Assembly: GCA_050613775.1 (NCBI GenBank) | Contig: JBODTK010000157.1 | Span: 186,001-250,000, forward strand | DNA from: Neocallimastix sp. 'constans' | Lineage: Eukaryota | DNA length: 64,000 nucleotides | Direction of reading: 5' to 3' | Shown here: piece after piece, positions 26,901-43,000 of the stretch | How the letters are laid out: each line of letters opens with the position of its first letter | Position numbering within the stretch: position 1 is the first letter of the stretch | Translations under genes and position numbers: made by a program | The notes under the pieces: generated by a model | Database searches by the model: none | Seen by the model: the letters and a program-made list of their open reading frames with translations, nothing else | What the model was told of the DNA's origin: nothing

Positions 26901-28437
26901 TTATTAATAATTAATTAATTAATAATAATTAAATAACAGATAAATAAATAAATAAATAAATGGTTAATAATGGTTAACATTTAATATTAAATAAAAAAAA
27001 AAAAAAATCTTAAAATACAACAACATAATCATTAAATAATAATAATAATAATATATTAAAATTAGGTAATCTACATGTCACAGATCAGATTCATAAGGAA
27101 GAATAACAATGAAAAAATTAATTAAAAAATTAAAAAAAAATTAAAAAAAGGGTGAAAGAGAATGAATCGGTTGATCGTTTGATTTGAAGCAATATTAAAT
27201 TATTAAATGATGTTACCATCAATACTTGACATAAATCAATCAATTAATAGGAGAAGGAATAACTAATTTATTTTAAATAAATAATAAATACCTTTTTTTT
27301 TTTTTTTTTTTTTAATTTTCTTTTGTATCTTCATCTTCATTTATTTTATCATATAACTTAATATTATTAAAAAAAAAAAAATGATAATAATAATAATAAT
27401 ACTAAAAAAAATTGGGAGATTTTCATTTTGCTAAATTTTATTTTTATTGTGGCGTATTATTTAGAAGTATTCAAAATAAATAATTAAACATTATATTTTT
27501 TATTTTTTATATATTATTTATTTTTTATTCATTTATTTTATTTATTTAAATTTATTGATTTTATTATTCAATACAAATGTAACTTAATAAAATGCGCCAC
27601 TTGATAAAATTATTACGCTTAATAAAAAAATAATTATATTTTTTTTTTTTTACAATTAATCATAGAATTTTGTCATTTTTGACCTATAGATATTTTATAT
27701 CACTAATCTTTGACGTTTTGTCATTACAACCATATAGAAACTTTTTTATTAGTTAAAAAAAAGGTTTCAATTAATTATCAATAACAAAATGTATTTCTTT
27801 ATTTCAAAAAAAAAAAAAAAAAAAATTCATTTTCTGTAAAAATGAATAGATGAAAAAAAGTCTTATAATCTAACCTTTATATAAATGAGGTGATAACTTT
27901 CAAAAAAGGAAAAATATTTTAAATTATAATTTTTATTTCCTCTTCACACCTGAACAAAAATTCTTATTTCATTTGTTAATATAATTTTTAGTATTTAAAT
28001 TTATTATTTAAATTTTTTTATTATTTAAATTTTATTATTAAGTTTTTTAGTTTTTATTATTTAAATTTATTATTTTAATTTTTTTATTATTTAATTTTTG
28101 GTTTTCAATTATTTAATTTTTTATTATTTAAATTTATTATTTAATTTTTCATAATTTAATTTTTTATTATTTAATTTTTTATTATTTAAATTTATTATTT
28201 AATTTTTTATTATTTAATTTTTAGTTTTTCTTATTTAATTTTATTTCTTATTATTTATTTAAATTTTTTTTTTTTTCATATTTTCATATTCTTAAAATGA
28301 ATTTGAATTCATAGGTTCAACGTAATACAATACAATATATTATATTAATTTAAACCCGTTTAATAATAATATATGATGATATATGATTTACTTGGTTTTT
28401 TTTTTATTTTTTTTTTAATTTAAATTATTTAAATAAC

Positions 28438-28471
<34 letters not shown>

Positions 28472-28890
28472 TTTTATTTTAAATGGCCCATTTTTAATAT
28501 CAATTAAAATTTTAATTAAATTATTAATATATGCAAATTCATATGAAATTGAAGGATGATGAAAAAAAAAAAAAAGCCTAATTCATATACATAAAAACTA
28601 AAATATACAGAAGAGATAAGCTAAACTTTTAATATGAATGCAGTATTGAATAAGTTTCAACAGTAGAACTTTTTTAAATTTAAATTTAAAATTTAAATTT
28701 TTTTTTTTTGCACTTTGTTAATTAAATATACGATATTTATTGAATTTCTAATTTAATTAGTATTTTATTATCTATATCTATAGGAGAATATTTTTATATC
28801 TATAGGATACTGAATAAAGCTCTATAATAATACTATTTAATAATATAATTTTACTCTTATTTGTATATACTATTTAATTATAATTTAAAA

Positions 28891-29123
28891 TATACTATTT
28901 AATTATTAGTTACTTATTATTTAAAATATACTATTTAATTATTAGTTACTTATTATTTAAAATATACTATTTAATTATTAGTTACTTATTATTTAAAATA
29001 TACTATTTAATTATTAGTTACTTATTATTTAAAATATACTATTTAATTATTAGTTACTTATTATTTAAAATATACTATTTAATTATTAGTTACTTATTAT
29101 TTAAAATATACTATTTAATTATT
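28891..29123. repeat. 36-bp minisatellite, 6 perfect copies plus a partial copy
   Basis: TATACTATTTAATTATTAGTTACTTATTATTTAAAA starts at 28891, 28927, 28963, 28999, 29035 and 29071, with a partial copy at 29107. There are no spacers. Confidence 0.95.
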
Positions 29124-30296
29124 TAATTATTTAATTATTATTTAAATACTGTTTAATTGTTTAATTATTTAATTATTAGTTATACATTTAATTATTTAAT
29201 TATTTGATTCAGTTTTATGGTTTTATGATAGTTAAAATTAGTTATTTAATATCGAATTAAATTTATTTATTGTTCAATATATTTTTCAATGTTTTTTTTT
29301 TTTTTTTTTTTTATTGAATTTTGTATCTTTTTTTTTTGTTAATTTTGTTATTTATGATTATTATTAACTATTAATTATTATTAATTATTAATTTTAGAGT
29401 CATTGATAATCATTATTTTATGATTATTATTCATTAATTTATGTTTATTTTTCATTATTCAATATTTAAATAATTTTATCCTATTATTAAATCATACCAT
29501 ATGAAACTATCTTCATATTCAAATAAAAAAAAATTTATTATGATCAAAAATAAAGTATTTCGTTATAGTTTATTAATGAACCTAATTTAATTTATGGGAT
29601 TATTAATACTAACAATTAATATATATTTTTATATTTTAATTTATTTGCTACATATTGTTTTATTGTTTTGTTTTATTTTATTTTATTTTCCTTTATAATT
29701 CTTAACCTTAATTTTTGGTTTTATCTCTTATTTAAAAGTAATAATAAGCTGTACATATATTTATATAGACTTCAAATAGTTTTTGTATTAAGAGAGTATA
29801 ATGTAATAATTGTTTTAAATATTAATAAATATAAATCTTTGTATTCATTATACTAATAAATATTATAGGAGATGATGATGATGAAAAAAAAAAAAAAAAA
29901 AAAAAAGCTTTTTCTTTTTATATTATTAAAATTTTAATTTTTAAAATTTTTATTTTTTATTATTATTATTATTTTATTTTATTTTTTATATTTCTTTTTA
30001 TTTAGAATATAAATCTTTATACTAATCATTTATATTTCAATATATCTTTAATATATTAACAATAATATAATGATATATGATAATTATTAAAATAAGATGA
30101 AGTGACCTTAAATTGTATATAATAATTATTTTATATTTAAATATTTTAATATTTAAATTTTATTATTTATTATTTCTTTTTTTTTTTATTTTTTATTTTT
30201 ATCTTTAATTCTTTTTATTTTATTTTGTACTATATGGATAAATAAATAAATAAATAAATAAATAAAAATACATATATATTAAATAAATAAAAATTG

Positions 30297-30330
<34 letters not shown>

Positions 30331-31077
30331 TTTTTTTTTATTTTTTATTTTTTCTATGTTTTTTATTTCAATTCATTCATTTATACGTAAATCAGTATTA
30401 TTTAATAAAATTTTATTATCACTCTATATCTCTATATTTATTTATTCATTTATATTTCATAATAATTTATGAAAAGTAATATTAGAAGATTTTAACATAG
30501 AAATTTTAAAATAATAAAAACATTTTAACATAGAAATTTTAAAATAATAAAAAAGTTATTGCTGTATATTGATATTATAATCATAAATTTAAATATTACC
30601 AAGAAGAAATAGTATATACCAACATTATAATATAAATCTTAATATACAATAATAACATTTCAAAAAAAAAAAAAAAAAAATAAAAAGGAATAATATATAT
30701 TTTATATTTTTTTTAATACAAGCAATTTTTTTTTATTATAGATATACTACATAAAACATATTTATTATTATTTATTATTATTTTTTTTTTTTAAAAAAAA
30801 AAAAAAACATTACTTTGTGTATGATATTATATAATTTTTATATACCATAGTAATTAGTAATTGAAACTTTTTTTTTTTTTTTTTGAAAAAAAAAAGTTGT
30901 ATTTTCCTTTTTTTTAAGGAAACATTTTAATTTATTTAATTTATTAGTACAAAATATTTCATAAGGAAATTACAAATATATAAAAAAATAAAATAGAACA
31001 AACAATTTATTTTTAGAAGAAGAAAAAAATTCAATTGACCAATAATCTAAGTAAAAAAAAAAAGTCAATAACTGTAG

Positions 31078-31113
<36 letters not shown>

Positions 31114-31371
31114 ATAATAATAAAAAATATTTAATTAGTTAAAAAACAAGGTCAGTTTAACCAATAAATTGTTGGATAATAAAAAAAAAAAAAAGTTTAA
31201 AATTATATGTATAATATTATGATATAAGAAATATATATATATATATATATACAATATATGTTTTACACTATTTATTTTACTATATAGACAATAATATCAT
31301 ATTTATGAGGCGAATATAACATTTAAAAAGAAGCAAAGAAAAAAATAAAAAAGTTAAAAGAAAGATAAAAA

Positions 31372-34174
31372 ATGATATTAAATTATAAATATTTAAATAA
31401 AATATTATTACCTTATTCAATAGGGAATATTAAAATTGGTAAAGTTTTAACTTTATTAACCCAAACTATGAAATCAATTATTATATTACAATATACCACA
31501 TTTGTCGGTTTAAAATTAAATTTCAAATATAATTTCACTCAAAAAGGAATATTAACTAGGAATAGAATTCAAAATTCAAAGAATAATCATAAAAGTAATG
31601 AATTCAAACAAAAAATGAAATTTATATTAGAAGAAATATGTCATTTACTTTTAATAATCTTTTGTAATGTGATTTCATTACTCCTTTTATACCTACTAAA
31701 ATGCATAATACCCGTTTCCTTTATTAGTAGAAATTCATTTTACCATTTAAACAACTCTAACCTTTTTATACAGATAAAGAATTTAAATAAATTTAATGAA
31801 ATTTCATTACCATATATAATAGATTGCATAAAATATATTTACGGTTGTATAATAAATTATGTAGCCATCGTCACTTCAATAGTAAAACTACTTTTACCAT
31901 TATTATATTCTATAATAATGATAAAGGCAAAACAACCGGGAAAACATTATAGTTTAAAATTAATATTTATAACATTATTATTAACAATTAATTGTCAAAA
32001 GCCTACAACGATTGAATTTCAAAATCATACAAGAAATACCTTAAATGATCTATCTTCAACTTCAGAAAATAATCTATTTAATTTATCAAATGAATGGTGG
32101 GATAAGATTTTTAGTCTTCAAAATATAGTTTCATCTTATTCTTTATTCAATTTACCAATGGTAAAATCTGAAAATATTGCCGATGAGGATATTGCCAAGG
32201 TTGAGGATGTTGGTAAGTTAATAGCAATAGTATTATAAAAGAAATGTATAGAGTTAACCTTACCCATACAATATCTAATTAGTTTGGTGAAATTTAATTC
32301 TAACTATTTTTTTTATTTTAATTTATTTTATTTTATTTTTATTTTAAATATTAATTTAATTATGAAATTATATATTATAATATATGAAATATTATAATAA
32401 CAATATGAACAATCAATGCTACTAAATAATAACAATAACAATAAAAATAATAAATTCAATTAAACATTATCAAATACTACTAAATAATAATAATTGAAAT
32501 AATAATGACTAAAATAATAATTAAAATAAATAATGAACATCACAACAAATAAAATGTTAATAATTAAAATAAACAATGAACATAAAAACAAATAAAATGA
32601 TAATAATTAAAATAAACAATGAATATAACAACAAATAAAATGATAAAATGATAATAATTAAAATGATAATAATTATAATTTTATTATTATTATAAAACAT
32701 TATTAAATCTTATTAAATAATGGTATTAAAGAATTGTCGGTTCAGTCACAATGCTTGGAACAAAATAGAATATTTTTATCAGAGCAGGACCAAAGAGTCA
32801 ACTTTGATATCATTTTGAGTCGTCCTCCATCATCTAATATAAATATTACTTTTATAAATGATAAACCTGATCTATTTGAAATTCAACCAGACTATATTTT
32901 CTATAAAAATGCCTATTATTCTACTACTTCAAATAATTCTGTAGTCACCTTACTTGAAAAAAATTATAATTTGACGACACATTTTACGGTGAAAGCATTA
33001 AAAGATCGTGGAAATTCCAACCTTAAATTTATTATTGATACCGGATTAAATATAATAAAAGATGATAATACCGTTTTACAAATCAGTAAAATGGGTAATA
33101 ATGGACGATTACTTTTAGATAAATCATTTAGTAATTACTTAGAGTTAAGAGCAACCTCTTCAAATATTGGTGCGATGAATATATTTTTAATTCTATGGAT
33201 TGTATTATTTATGTTTTCTCTAGGCTTATCTTTTTCAGGAAGTAAGTTTAAACAAAATAAATAAAGTGTATATACAAATATATATATATATTATATACTA
33301 TTTAATATTTAATTTTTATATTCAATATTCTTATAAAAAAAAAAAAAATTAATAATAATATTAGTACATTATTAAACTTATTCAATAATAATATTTATAA
33401 AAATAAATATTAATTTTAACCTATATAATAAAATTTTTTATTGTTCTTATTATTTTTATTATTATTATTATTATTTTTATAATATCTTAATTAGATACTT
33501 TAAAAGGTTTATATAAATGGAAAAAATTGAAGCCGTTCATTTGTGGTTACGTCTGTCAACTAATTATCAATCCTCTTGTGGGTAAAAATCAAAATTTTTA
33601 AAATATTAATGATATAATAATGATATTAAAAATTAATAGTAATAAAAATATATAGTAATGAATAATAATAATAATAATAATTAAACTTATTTAATATATA
33701 TTATATATAATATTTATATTTCATATCTATTTCTTTCATTATATTCATTCTTATTAATAATATAATGAATTTTTTAATAATAATAATAATAATAATAATA
33801 ATTATATATATATATATATATATATATAAATTCTTTAAATCAACTATATAGCTTTCATTTTAACAAAAATTTTCAAATTATCGGATTATATTTCTCTTGG
33901 GGTTATTATTGTGGCTGCAAGTCCTGGCTCCTTTATTGCACCTGTATTTACTTATTATTTAGGAGGAGATCGAGCACTTGCAGTAGGACTCTGCCTAGTG
34001 GCTACCATTTTAGGTAGTTTTACCTTTCCACTTGCCATATGGTTGTTTTGTTTTGTATTGAGTATTAAAATTGAAACGTATATTCCTGTAAGTAACCTCT
34101 TGTTATTAATTAAAAAATTTATTCTAATTGAAATAATAATAATAATAATAATCATAATAATAATCATAATAATC

Positions 34175-34224
<50 letters not shown>

Positions 34225-34288
34225 TATAGTAATAATAATATTTATAATAATAATAATAATAATAATAATAAATCTATGATTTTTATCC

Positions 34289-34331
<43 letters not shown>

Positions 34332-37300
34332 TATTTTATTATAATAATATATATATATTTAATGAAATATTAAAATTTTTATATCATTCCTCATTATTAA
34401 TTATAAAAAAGTTTTGGGAAACATTTTCTTTAACCGCTACACAAATTGTTCCATTAGGAGTTGGATGCTTAATTTTACATTTTAAACCTAATTGGGCCTC
34501 AAACCTGAAAAAAGGAGCACCAATTTGGGCATTTGCTATCATTTTAACTAGTTTAATTACATCTTTAAAAAATTATGGTCAAATTTTTGTTAATCGATGG
34601 GAGGCTTATTCTATGCCTATCATATTGGGTATTATAAGTTATGCTGTAGGATTTGTTTTTCCAAGAACGGTTGGACTGAATAATCAAGAAGTAAGAGCGA
34701 TTTGTTTCAATACTGGATTACAAAATTCTCCTTTAGCTATCGCAGTAATTCAAGTATTAGGAATGCCAAGTTGTAGTAATTTAATATCGTTAGTCCCTCT
34801 TCACCATTCCCTTTGGACTGTATTGGAAGGTGTTATTGTTGGAGTGACCATGTTTTTCATTTTCCCAAACACGGTAAAACCTATCATTGAAAATTCAGAG
34901 TATCCAGTAAACGTTGGCCGATCCGAAGAAGAAAATAAGGCTATACTACAGGATGATGGAAGTGATAATTATTCAAATAATACTTCCTTATTAGATACCG
35001 TGAATGTATTAGATATTTCTGATATTAATATTCGTCAGAATTATCTACCTAAAAATAATATCATTAATAATAGTAACAATACTAATAATAATAATAATAA
35101 TAATAGTAATAGTAGTAATAAAAGTAATATATCCTCATCTGAAATGATAATGCTTTCAAATATTCAAAATCAAAATTTAATCAGTCCACCTTCTCCTACT
35201 CCTACTTCTTATTCAGCAAAAATATTTAGAGGAAGTAGTGTCAATAGTCGTAGTTCACATTCCACTATTATACCAAAATATTCAAGTTTAAATCGAGTAA
35301 ATAAACAAAGAAGTCATAGTGATGCCCCTATGCCAAAAAATACAAATACAAATATAAATTCATATTCAAATTCATTTTCAAATTCAAATTCGTTTTCTAA
35401 TAGTAATAGTAATAGTAATACTTTAACACCTACATTGAAGGCTTCTTCTATTTATAAACAACGCAAAAATAGTAGTGCCTCAACCATTAAATTTAACATT
35501 AGTAATCCTAACTATTTAAAGTCACATTCTTCTCTAATTAAAAATAATAATTCTGATTTAGGTATTGAAATTATTGATATTAGTGATATAAGTGATGATG
35601 ATGATGATGATGATGACGACGAGGATGAGAATACTAGTGTTAATAATGATGGTGTTAATTCTACTTTTAATCATCATTATCAAAATAATAATAAAACATC
35701 TAATCATACTGATCATATTAATAAAGATCGAATGACGATATCCACATCAACAACAACAACATCATTATCTACACCAAATGATAATCATCAACAACAAATA
35801 CCAATTATTTATATTCATAATACAAATAATCAATCCTCTTCACCAATTATAGCTTATTCACCTCATCAAAATTCATTAAATCATAATACCCACTCCAGTA
35901 ATGAGAGTTCTCGTCAAACATCTATAGGAAGTAATAATTCAAATCATACCCCAACAAAATCTGAAACTAATAGTACTTCTTCGAAAGAGGGTACCATTAA
36001 AACTAGTAAATATTATAATAATAATGATGATAATAATCATACTAATCATACGGGTGACCTTATCGACACCACTACTAACAGTTCTAATAATAATATAAGT
36101 GAATTATCTGATAGTAATCATCATGGAAAAGGAAAAGAAGACGATATGGAGGATTCTCATCGTCAGAATGGTGATGGTAGTAACAGTGATACAAATTTAA
36201 AAAATAAAATTACCGATAGAATTAGAATTCGTCAACTTCATCATCAAAAGAAATTATCCCATCCTCAGACCTATTTTTCACAAATGGTAAAACAATATTT
36301 ACCTTCAGTATTTAAAAAACCAACAAATAATGATTCAGATATTGCCACTTCTAATCAAATAAATAGTAATGATAATATTAGTTCTAAGGATGATAATAAT
36401 AATAACACTATAGACAGTGATGATAACGTCAAAGACGCTATAAGTAATACTAATATTAATAGCGATGCTAATGATAATGATAATACTAGTCCTGTTGTTG
36501 TTAATAGTTCAGAGGAAAAAATGAATGATCACAGGAATAGTCATAGTAGTGAAGATGAAAATAAAAATACTACCTCTAGTATACATAGTTTGAATTTAAA
36601 TCGACGTGATAACAACAATAAAAGCTATCCATACTTAAATAATAGTCATAGTAATTCTAATATGAGTATGAATATGAGTATGAGTAATAGTCATAGTAAT
36701 TCTAATATGAGTATGAATATGAGTATGAGTAATAGTAATAGTAGTAAAAATAGACATAATAGAGTTAGTATTAGTATTAGTAATGATTTCATTAATGAAT
36801 CCTTTACCACGAATTCAGATCATAAAAATCAAGAAACTGAATTCCATTCCATACATTCAGCTAATACTAGCAGTATATTAAATAGTATTAGTAAAAATAA
36901 TAAAAGTACGAATATGAGTGTCAATGCCAACGCTTACCCATTTGATAATTCACAAATCAAACATCTTGATACTATGGATTCTCTTGAATATTTAACTATT
37001 TCAAACAATGACCATACCAACTTTAGTAGTCATTATAGTAATAGTATTAAAAGTTTACGTAAAAAGAAGTATGCCGTTCAACGTACAGATACCATGCAAA
37101 CCTATGAAACTGCCTGTTCCTCCATGTTTAAATCCATTTCATCTGAAAATGAAAACTTTAAATATGTTGATGATGAAGATGATGATGATGATATTGAAGA
37201 ATATGATGATGAAGAGGATGAGGATGAGGATGAAGTTTTTAAGGATTGTACTTTAGAATTTCCAAATACAAAAGGAAAAAATGAATTTGAATTTTTTTAA
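31372..37300 (+). CDS. SLC10 / sodium:bile-acid symporter (SBF) family transporter with long N-terminal extension and ~800-aa N/S/D-rich tail. Exons 31372(start uncertain)-32212, 32732-33241, 33495-33581, 33852-34087, 34412-37300
   Basis: Spliced TM core MFSLGLS...PFICGYVCQLIINPLVAF...AASPGSFIAPVFTYYLGGDRALAVGL...IVPLGVG...RAICFNTGLQNSPLA matches the SLC10 patterns (CPGG..SN..GD..LS and ETGxQN). All junctions are GT-AG and in frame. Confidence 0.85.
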
Positions 37301-38499
37301 AAATTAATAAAATAAATAAAAGGTTTGAACTAAAAAAATAAAAATAAAAAATAAACAAAATAAAAAAAAATAAAATAAAAAAAATAAAAAAAATAAAAAA
37401 TAATAAAAAAAAAAAAATAAAAAATAATAAAAAATAATAAAAAATAATAAAAAATAAAAATAAAAATAAATTAAATTAAATTAAAATAGAGTAAAATAAA
37501 TTAGAGTAAGGAAAAAAAAATTTATTTTTATTTTTTATTTTTTATTTTTTTATTTATTTTATTTTTATTTTTTATTTTTTATTTTTTTATTTATTTTATT
37601 TTTATTTTTTATTTTTTATTTTTTTATTTATTTTATTTTATTTTTATTTTTTTATTTTTTTTTATTTTATTTTTTTTTATTTTTTTTTATTTTTATTGAT
37701 GTAAAATGGTTAAATGGTAAAATGGTAATTAAGAAAAGAAAGAAAGAAAGAAAGGAAAAAAAAAAAAAAAAAAAAAAAAAAAAGGAATTATAAAAAAAAT
37801 TAAAATTTTAATATAATTTATTAAAAAATAAAAATAACATGAAGTGAATAAATGAATAATAATAAAAGTTATAACAGTAAGATTATTAATTTTTTTTTTT
37901 TTTTTTTTTTTGTTTTTGTTTTTGTTTTTGTTTTTGTTTTTCTTTTAAAAAACATTTTAAATTTGTGATTTATTTTTTTAAATCTCAAATACACTAATAA
38001 TACTAATATATAAATATATATAATATATTCCATATTATAACATAGCATTTATTAATCAATCTATTTTTATATTTATACATGGATAAAAAAGAAAAAAAAA
38101 AAAAAAAATTAATATTTTTTTTTTTTTTTTCTTTTTATTTCCATAATCATCTATTTAATAATAACAATAATAATAAATAGTTGCATATTCTATATAACTA
38201 TATATATACTATAACAATATATCTATATCTATATTCTATATCTATATTTTATATATAAACATATATAAATATATATTATTTTTTTTTTTTAAAAAAAAAG
38301 TAAAAGAATTATTAATAAATAAATAAATATCATATATTATCTTATAACAAAACAAAACAAAAAAACAAATATTAAATAAAAAAATGTTTTTAAATAAAAA
38401 AAAGAAAGAAAAGAAAAAAAGAAAAAATTAGTCTTCATTATTTTATTATTTATTCAATGATTTATTTATTTATTTATTCAATGTTTTATTTATTTATTC

Positions 38500-38530
<31 letters not shown>

Positions 38531-38922
38531 ATTATTATATTAAAAAATTATTTGATAAATTTGAAATTTTTAATTAAACATTAAAGAAATATTAAATTTT
38601 GGATTGTTAAATTGAAATGAAAAAATGGGGATGAACCTAAAAAAAATGACATAAATAACATAAAAAAAAAATTTTTTTTAATAATATCTTTCTATTTATA
38701 ATCAAAAAAAAAAAAAAATAAAAATAAAAATAAAAAATAAAAATAAAAATAAAATAAATAATAAATAAATAATAAATAAATCATGATCCTAATAATAACC
38801 TATTGTAATTACTGCAAGAATTTTGTCTTTTTTATATACTATAAGAAAAAAAAAATTTTTTTTTTTTTATAATCCTAAATAAATTAATCCTTCTCGTATA
38901 ATTATAAATATGTAAGAATTCT

Positions 38923-38970
<48 letters not shown>

Positions 38971-39235
38971 AAAATTTTATTTTTATTTAATTAGGTTAAT
39001 TAAATTTTTCAATTTATATTATTTTTTTTTTTAAAAAAAAAATTATTTTTGAATAAATTAATAATAATAAAAAAAAAAAAAACATGGTAAATTTATTTAT
39101 TTATTTATTTATTATTATTATTTATTTTTATTATTTTATTATTGTTTTTATTTTTATTTTTTTTTTTTAATACTTGTCATTACATATATCTTTTTTTAAT
39201 AAAATTTTACTTACAATATATATACCTTTAAAAAA

Positions 39236-39792
39236 ATGCCAGATACAGAAAACCTTGATACAGAAAACCTAGATACAGAAAAACCAGAAGATAAAGAAGA
39301 AACTTTAGAAAATTCAGGGAGTAAGGAAACAAGTTTTTATAACCCAGTAACATTATATGAATATAAAACTACTTTATGGTATAATAATAAAAAAATTTTT
39401 TTTTTTATTTTATTTAATTTTTTATATTACTAAAAAAAAAAAAATCAAACAAAAAAAAAAAAAGGCAATAGTAATAGAATAAAATAGTATACTTTTTATT
39501 TTAAATTCATTACAAAAAAACAATATATATATATATATATATATCAAGAATAATTTTCTTTTAACTAATCTATATTTATTTCTTTTAAATATTATTATTA
39601 CTGGTGAAAATATTATATTTATATATTTATTTATTATATTTTATTAAAATATAAATTTTATATATATCCTTATATTATATATACATACATATATATATAT
39701 TAATTATTAATTTTAAATTTAAAATTTTAAATTTCATTTCATTACATTTCACTACATTTCATTTCAATTCATTTTATTCCTTATTCTTCCTC

Positions 39793-39837
<45 letters not shown>

Positions 39838-40489
39838 GTACAAATATTGTTGAATTTTGTCCATATAAAGGATTTGAAGATTTATACGTTATTGGGTCAT
39901 ATGAATTTTTAGAATCAAATGATACCAATCTCTATCCAGAGGAATTCAAAGATATTACAGAGGAACTGATGGAAAATAAAAATAATAACAAAGATGACGA
40001 TAGTGACGACGAAGATATTGATATAAATGACATTTCAGATTTGGATAATATTTCTATTAAACGTACAGGAAGAGTAATATTTCAAAAACTTGAACCCAAT
40101 AATAATAAAAATAATAATTTAAAAATGTAATTATAAAGATAAAATATATACATAATATATATATATATTATATATAATATTAATGTTACTATTACTACTA
40201 CTACTACTATTATTATTATTATTATAATTATTATTATTATTTTATATTACAATTATCAATAGTGTCAATATATAATAAAAAGTGTTTTAAATGATAAAAA
40301 AAAAAAAAAAGTTCACATTTATAATAATTAATATTTCAATATTTTTTCAAATAATAACAAAAAAAAAAAAAAAAAAAAAAAAGAAAAAAAAATACATATA
40401 TAAATAATATATTTAATATATTTAATTGTTTAATAATTTAATTATAAATTATATATGACATTGTTAACATTTAAAAATTTATTTATTTA

Positions 40490-40530
<41 letters not shown>

Positions 40531-41980
40531 CTATAAAATATAATAAATAATTAATAATAGCCAAACTATAACAAGTTTAAGTGAAGCAACCATTTTCGAC
40601 ATAAAATGGTCTTATCAAAAAATTAAAAATGCTGGTTATTTAGGTATGGCCGATTCTGCTGGAAATTTATCCATTTATAAATTAGTTGATAACGGAACTA
40701 CTGTAATTTAATATTAATATTAATATTAATATTATTATCGTTATTGTTATTTATTTATTTATTTATTTTTTTCTTATTTTTTTTTTTTTATAACTAATTA
40801 TTTATTTATTAATTCATTTATAATAATTTTACTATTAAAAAAAAAAAAAAAAAAAACATAATAATAATAATAATATTAATAATAATAATTATTTTTCCCT
40901 ATTTGATTATATTTTTATTTTAATTAATGATAATTAAATATTTAAATAAAATATATATATATATATATTAATAATAATAAATAAATTAAATTTGAAAATT
41001 ATTTAATATATTAATAACTAAAAGAAAATTTATTATCAAATATTTCAAATATTTATATATATATATATGATATATATATATATATATATCCTTATTACTT
41101 TAAAAAAAAAAAAAAAAAAAAAAAAAACATCATTTATAGTTTGACTTAGAACCAAAGATAAGTACAGATAATGAAACTAATGAAGTTTGTTGTTCCTTAG
41201 ATTGGTCGAATCGATTGACGAATTCAACCTCCCATGTGGTCGTTAGTCGAAGTAACGGTTTTATTACCCTCTACGATTTTGGTGATAATAATTTAAAGCC
41301 GCTGGATGAATGGCGAGCGCATACTCAGGAAGCTTGGGTGGTCGCATTTGATCACTGGAATACAAATATTGTTTATACCGGCTCGGATGATTGTTACTTT
41401 AAAGGATATGATACAAGAGCTGGAACTTCCTCTTCCATATTTATTAATGAAGGGTAAAAAAAAAAAAAAATACAAAAAAAAAAAAGGAAAAAAAAAAATA
41501 GAAAAAAAAAAAATAGAAAAAAAGTACAAATAGAAAAAAAAATAAATAAAAAAATAGGAAAAAAAAATAGAAAAAAAATACAAATAAAAAAAAAAAAAAT
41601 ACATAAATACTTATGAAAGTTAAATAAATGATTTATTATATATATATAATATTTTTATTTTTTTTTTATTGATATTTTTTTTTTTATTTTTATTTCTTTT
41701 ATTTTTATTTTTATTTTTATAAATTATTTTATTATTTTATTATTTTTATTATTTTATTTCTTCTTGAAATAGTCATGAAGCTGGTATTTGTACAATTCAA
41801 GTAAATCCACATGATCCAAATATTATGGCCACTGGAGGGTAATATATATATATATATATGTATATAATTCAATAAATAAATAAATTGTTTAAAAAATTTG
41901 TATTATATATATCTATATTTATTATTTATTTAAGTAATTAAATAATAATCATTTAAAAATTATATTTTATTCCTGTTTAA

Positions 41981-42011
<31 letters not shown>

Positions 42012-42634
42012 GTATATTAAATTATTATTATTATTATTATTATTATTATTTATTATTTATTATTTATTATTATAATTATTATTATTATTATTATTACTTT
42101 ATGCTAATTAGTTATGATACCTTCCTTAATATTTGGGATAAAAGAATGATAACTAAACCATTAATTCATTATTGTACTGAAAGTGGTGTATGGAAAGTAA
42201 AATGGAATCCTAGAATGGAAAAGAGACATTTAATTGCAGCTGCTTGTATGTATAATGGATTTCGTATATATAATATTAATACACAATTAGGTAATAATAA
42301 AAAAATAATAAAATAAAATAAAATATAATAAATAAATATTTAAAAAAAATTTAAATATTATAATTAATTAAATAATAAATAAATAAATAAATAAATAATA
42401 AATAATTAATAAATAATTTAATAATAGCACCTGGTGAAGATGAGGATGATGCTATTAAGGAAGTTTGTTCCTATGATAAACATGAATCTATTGCTTATGG
42501 TATTGATTGGTGTCTCTATAACGATGAAAATAATCCAAACCAAATACTAGGTTCTTGTTCCTTCTTTGATCATTCCTTCCATATCTGGTAAGTTTTTTTT
42601 TTTTAATAGTCATAAATTAAAATAGATATTTAGA

Positions 42635-42671
<37 letters not shown>

Positions 42672-42928
42672 AAAATAAAATAAAATAAAATAAAATAAAA
42701 AATAATAATGTATATATATATATATATATATTTATTTTATTTTATTTTTTTTTTTTTTCTTTCAACATTTTATCTATTTTATATATAATATAATTATATG
42801 ATGACTTAATTTTTTTTTTTTTTTTTATTATTTATATCTACATATATATATAATTTATGGGTATACTATATATATCTACAATTAATTAAAAAAAAATACT
42901 TTTAAAATAGGGAAATTCAACGTATTTA

Positions 42929-42929
<1 letters not shown>
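39236..42929 (+). CDS. DPH7: Diphthine methylesterase DPH7/WDR85 (WD40). Exons 39236-39378, 39839-40126, 40561-40702, 41140-41453, 41773-41838, 42112-42290, 42428-42587, 42911-42929
   Basis: Spliced motifs VEFCP, IFDIKW, CSLDWS, AHTQEAWVVAFDHW, YTGSDD, HEAGI, ATGGYD, GVWKVKW, AACMYNGF, HESIAYGIDW and CSFFDH..HIW are characteristic of DPH7/Rrt2. Confidence 0.9.

Positions 42930-42934
<5 letters not shown>

Positions 42935-43000
<66 letters not shown>

Noticed and set aside
28891..29123. 36-bp repeats resembling a CRISPR repeat length
   Set aside because: Copies are head-to-tail with no spacers, there are no cas genes and the context is eukaryotic. It is a minisatellite.
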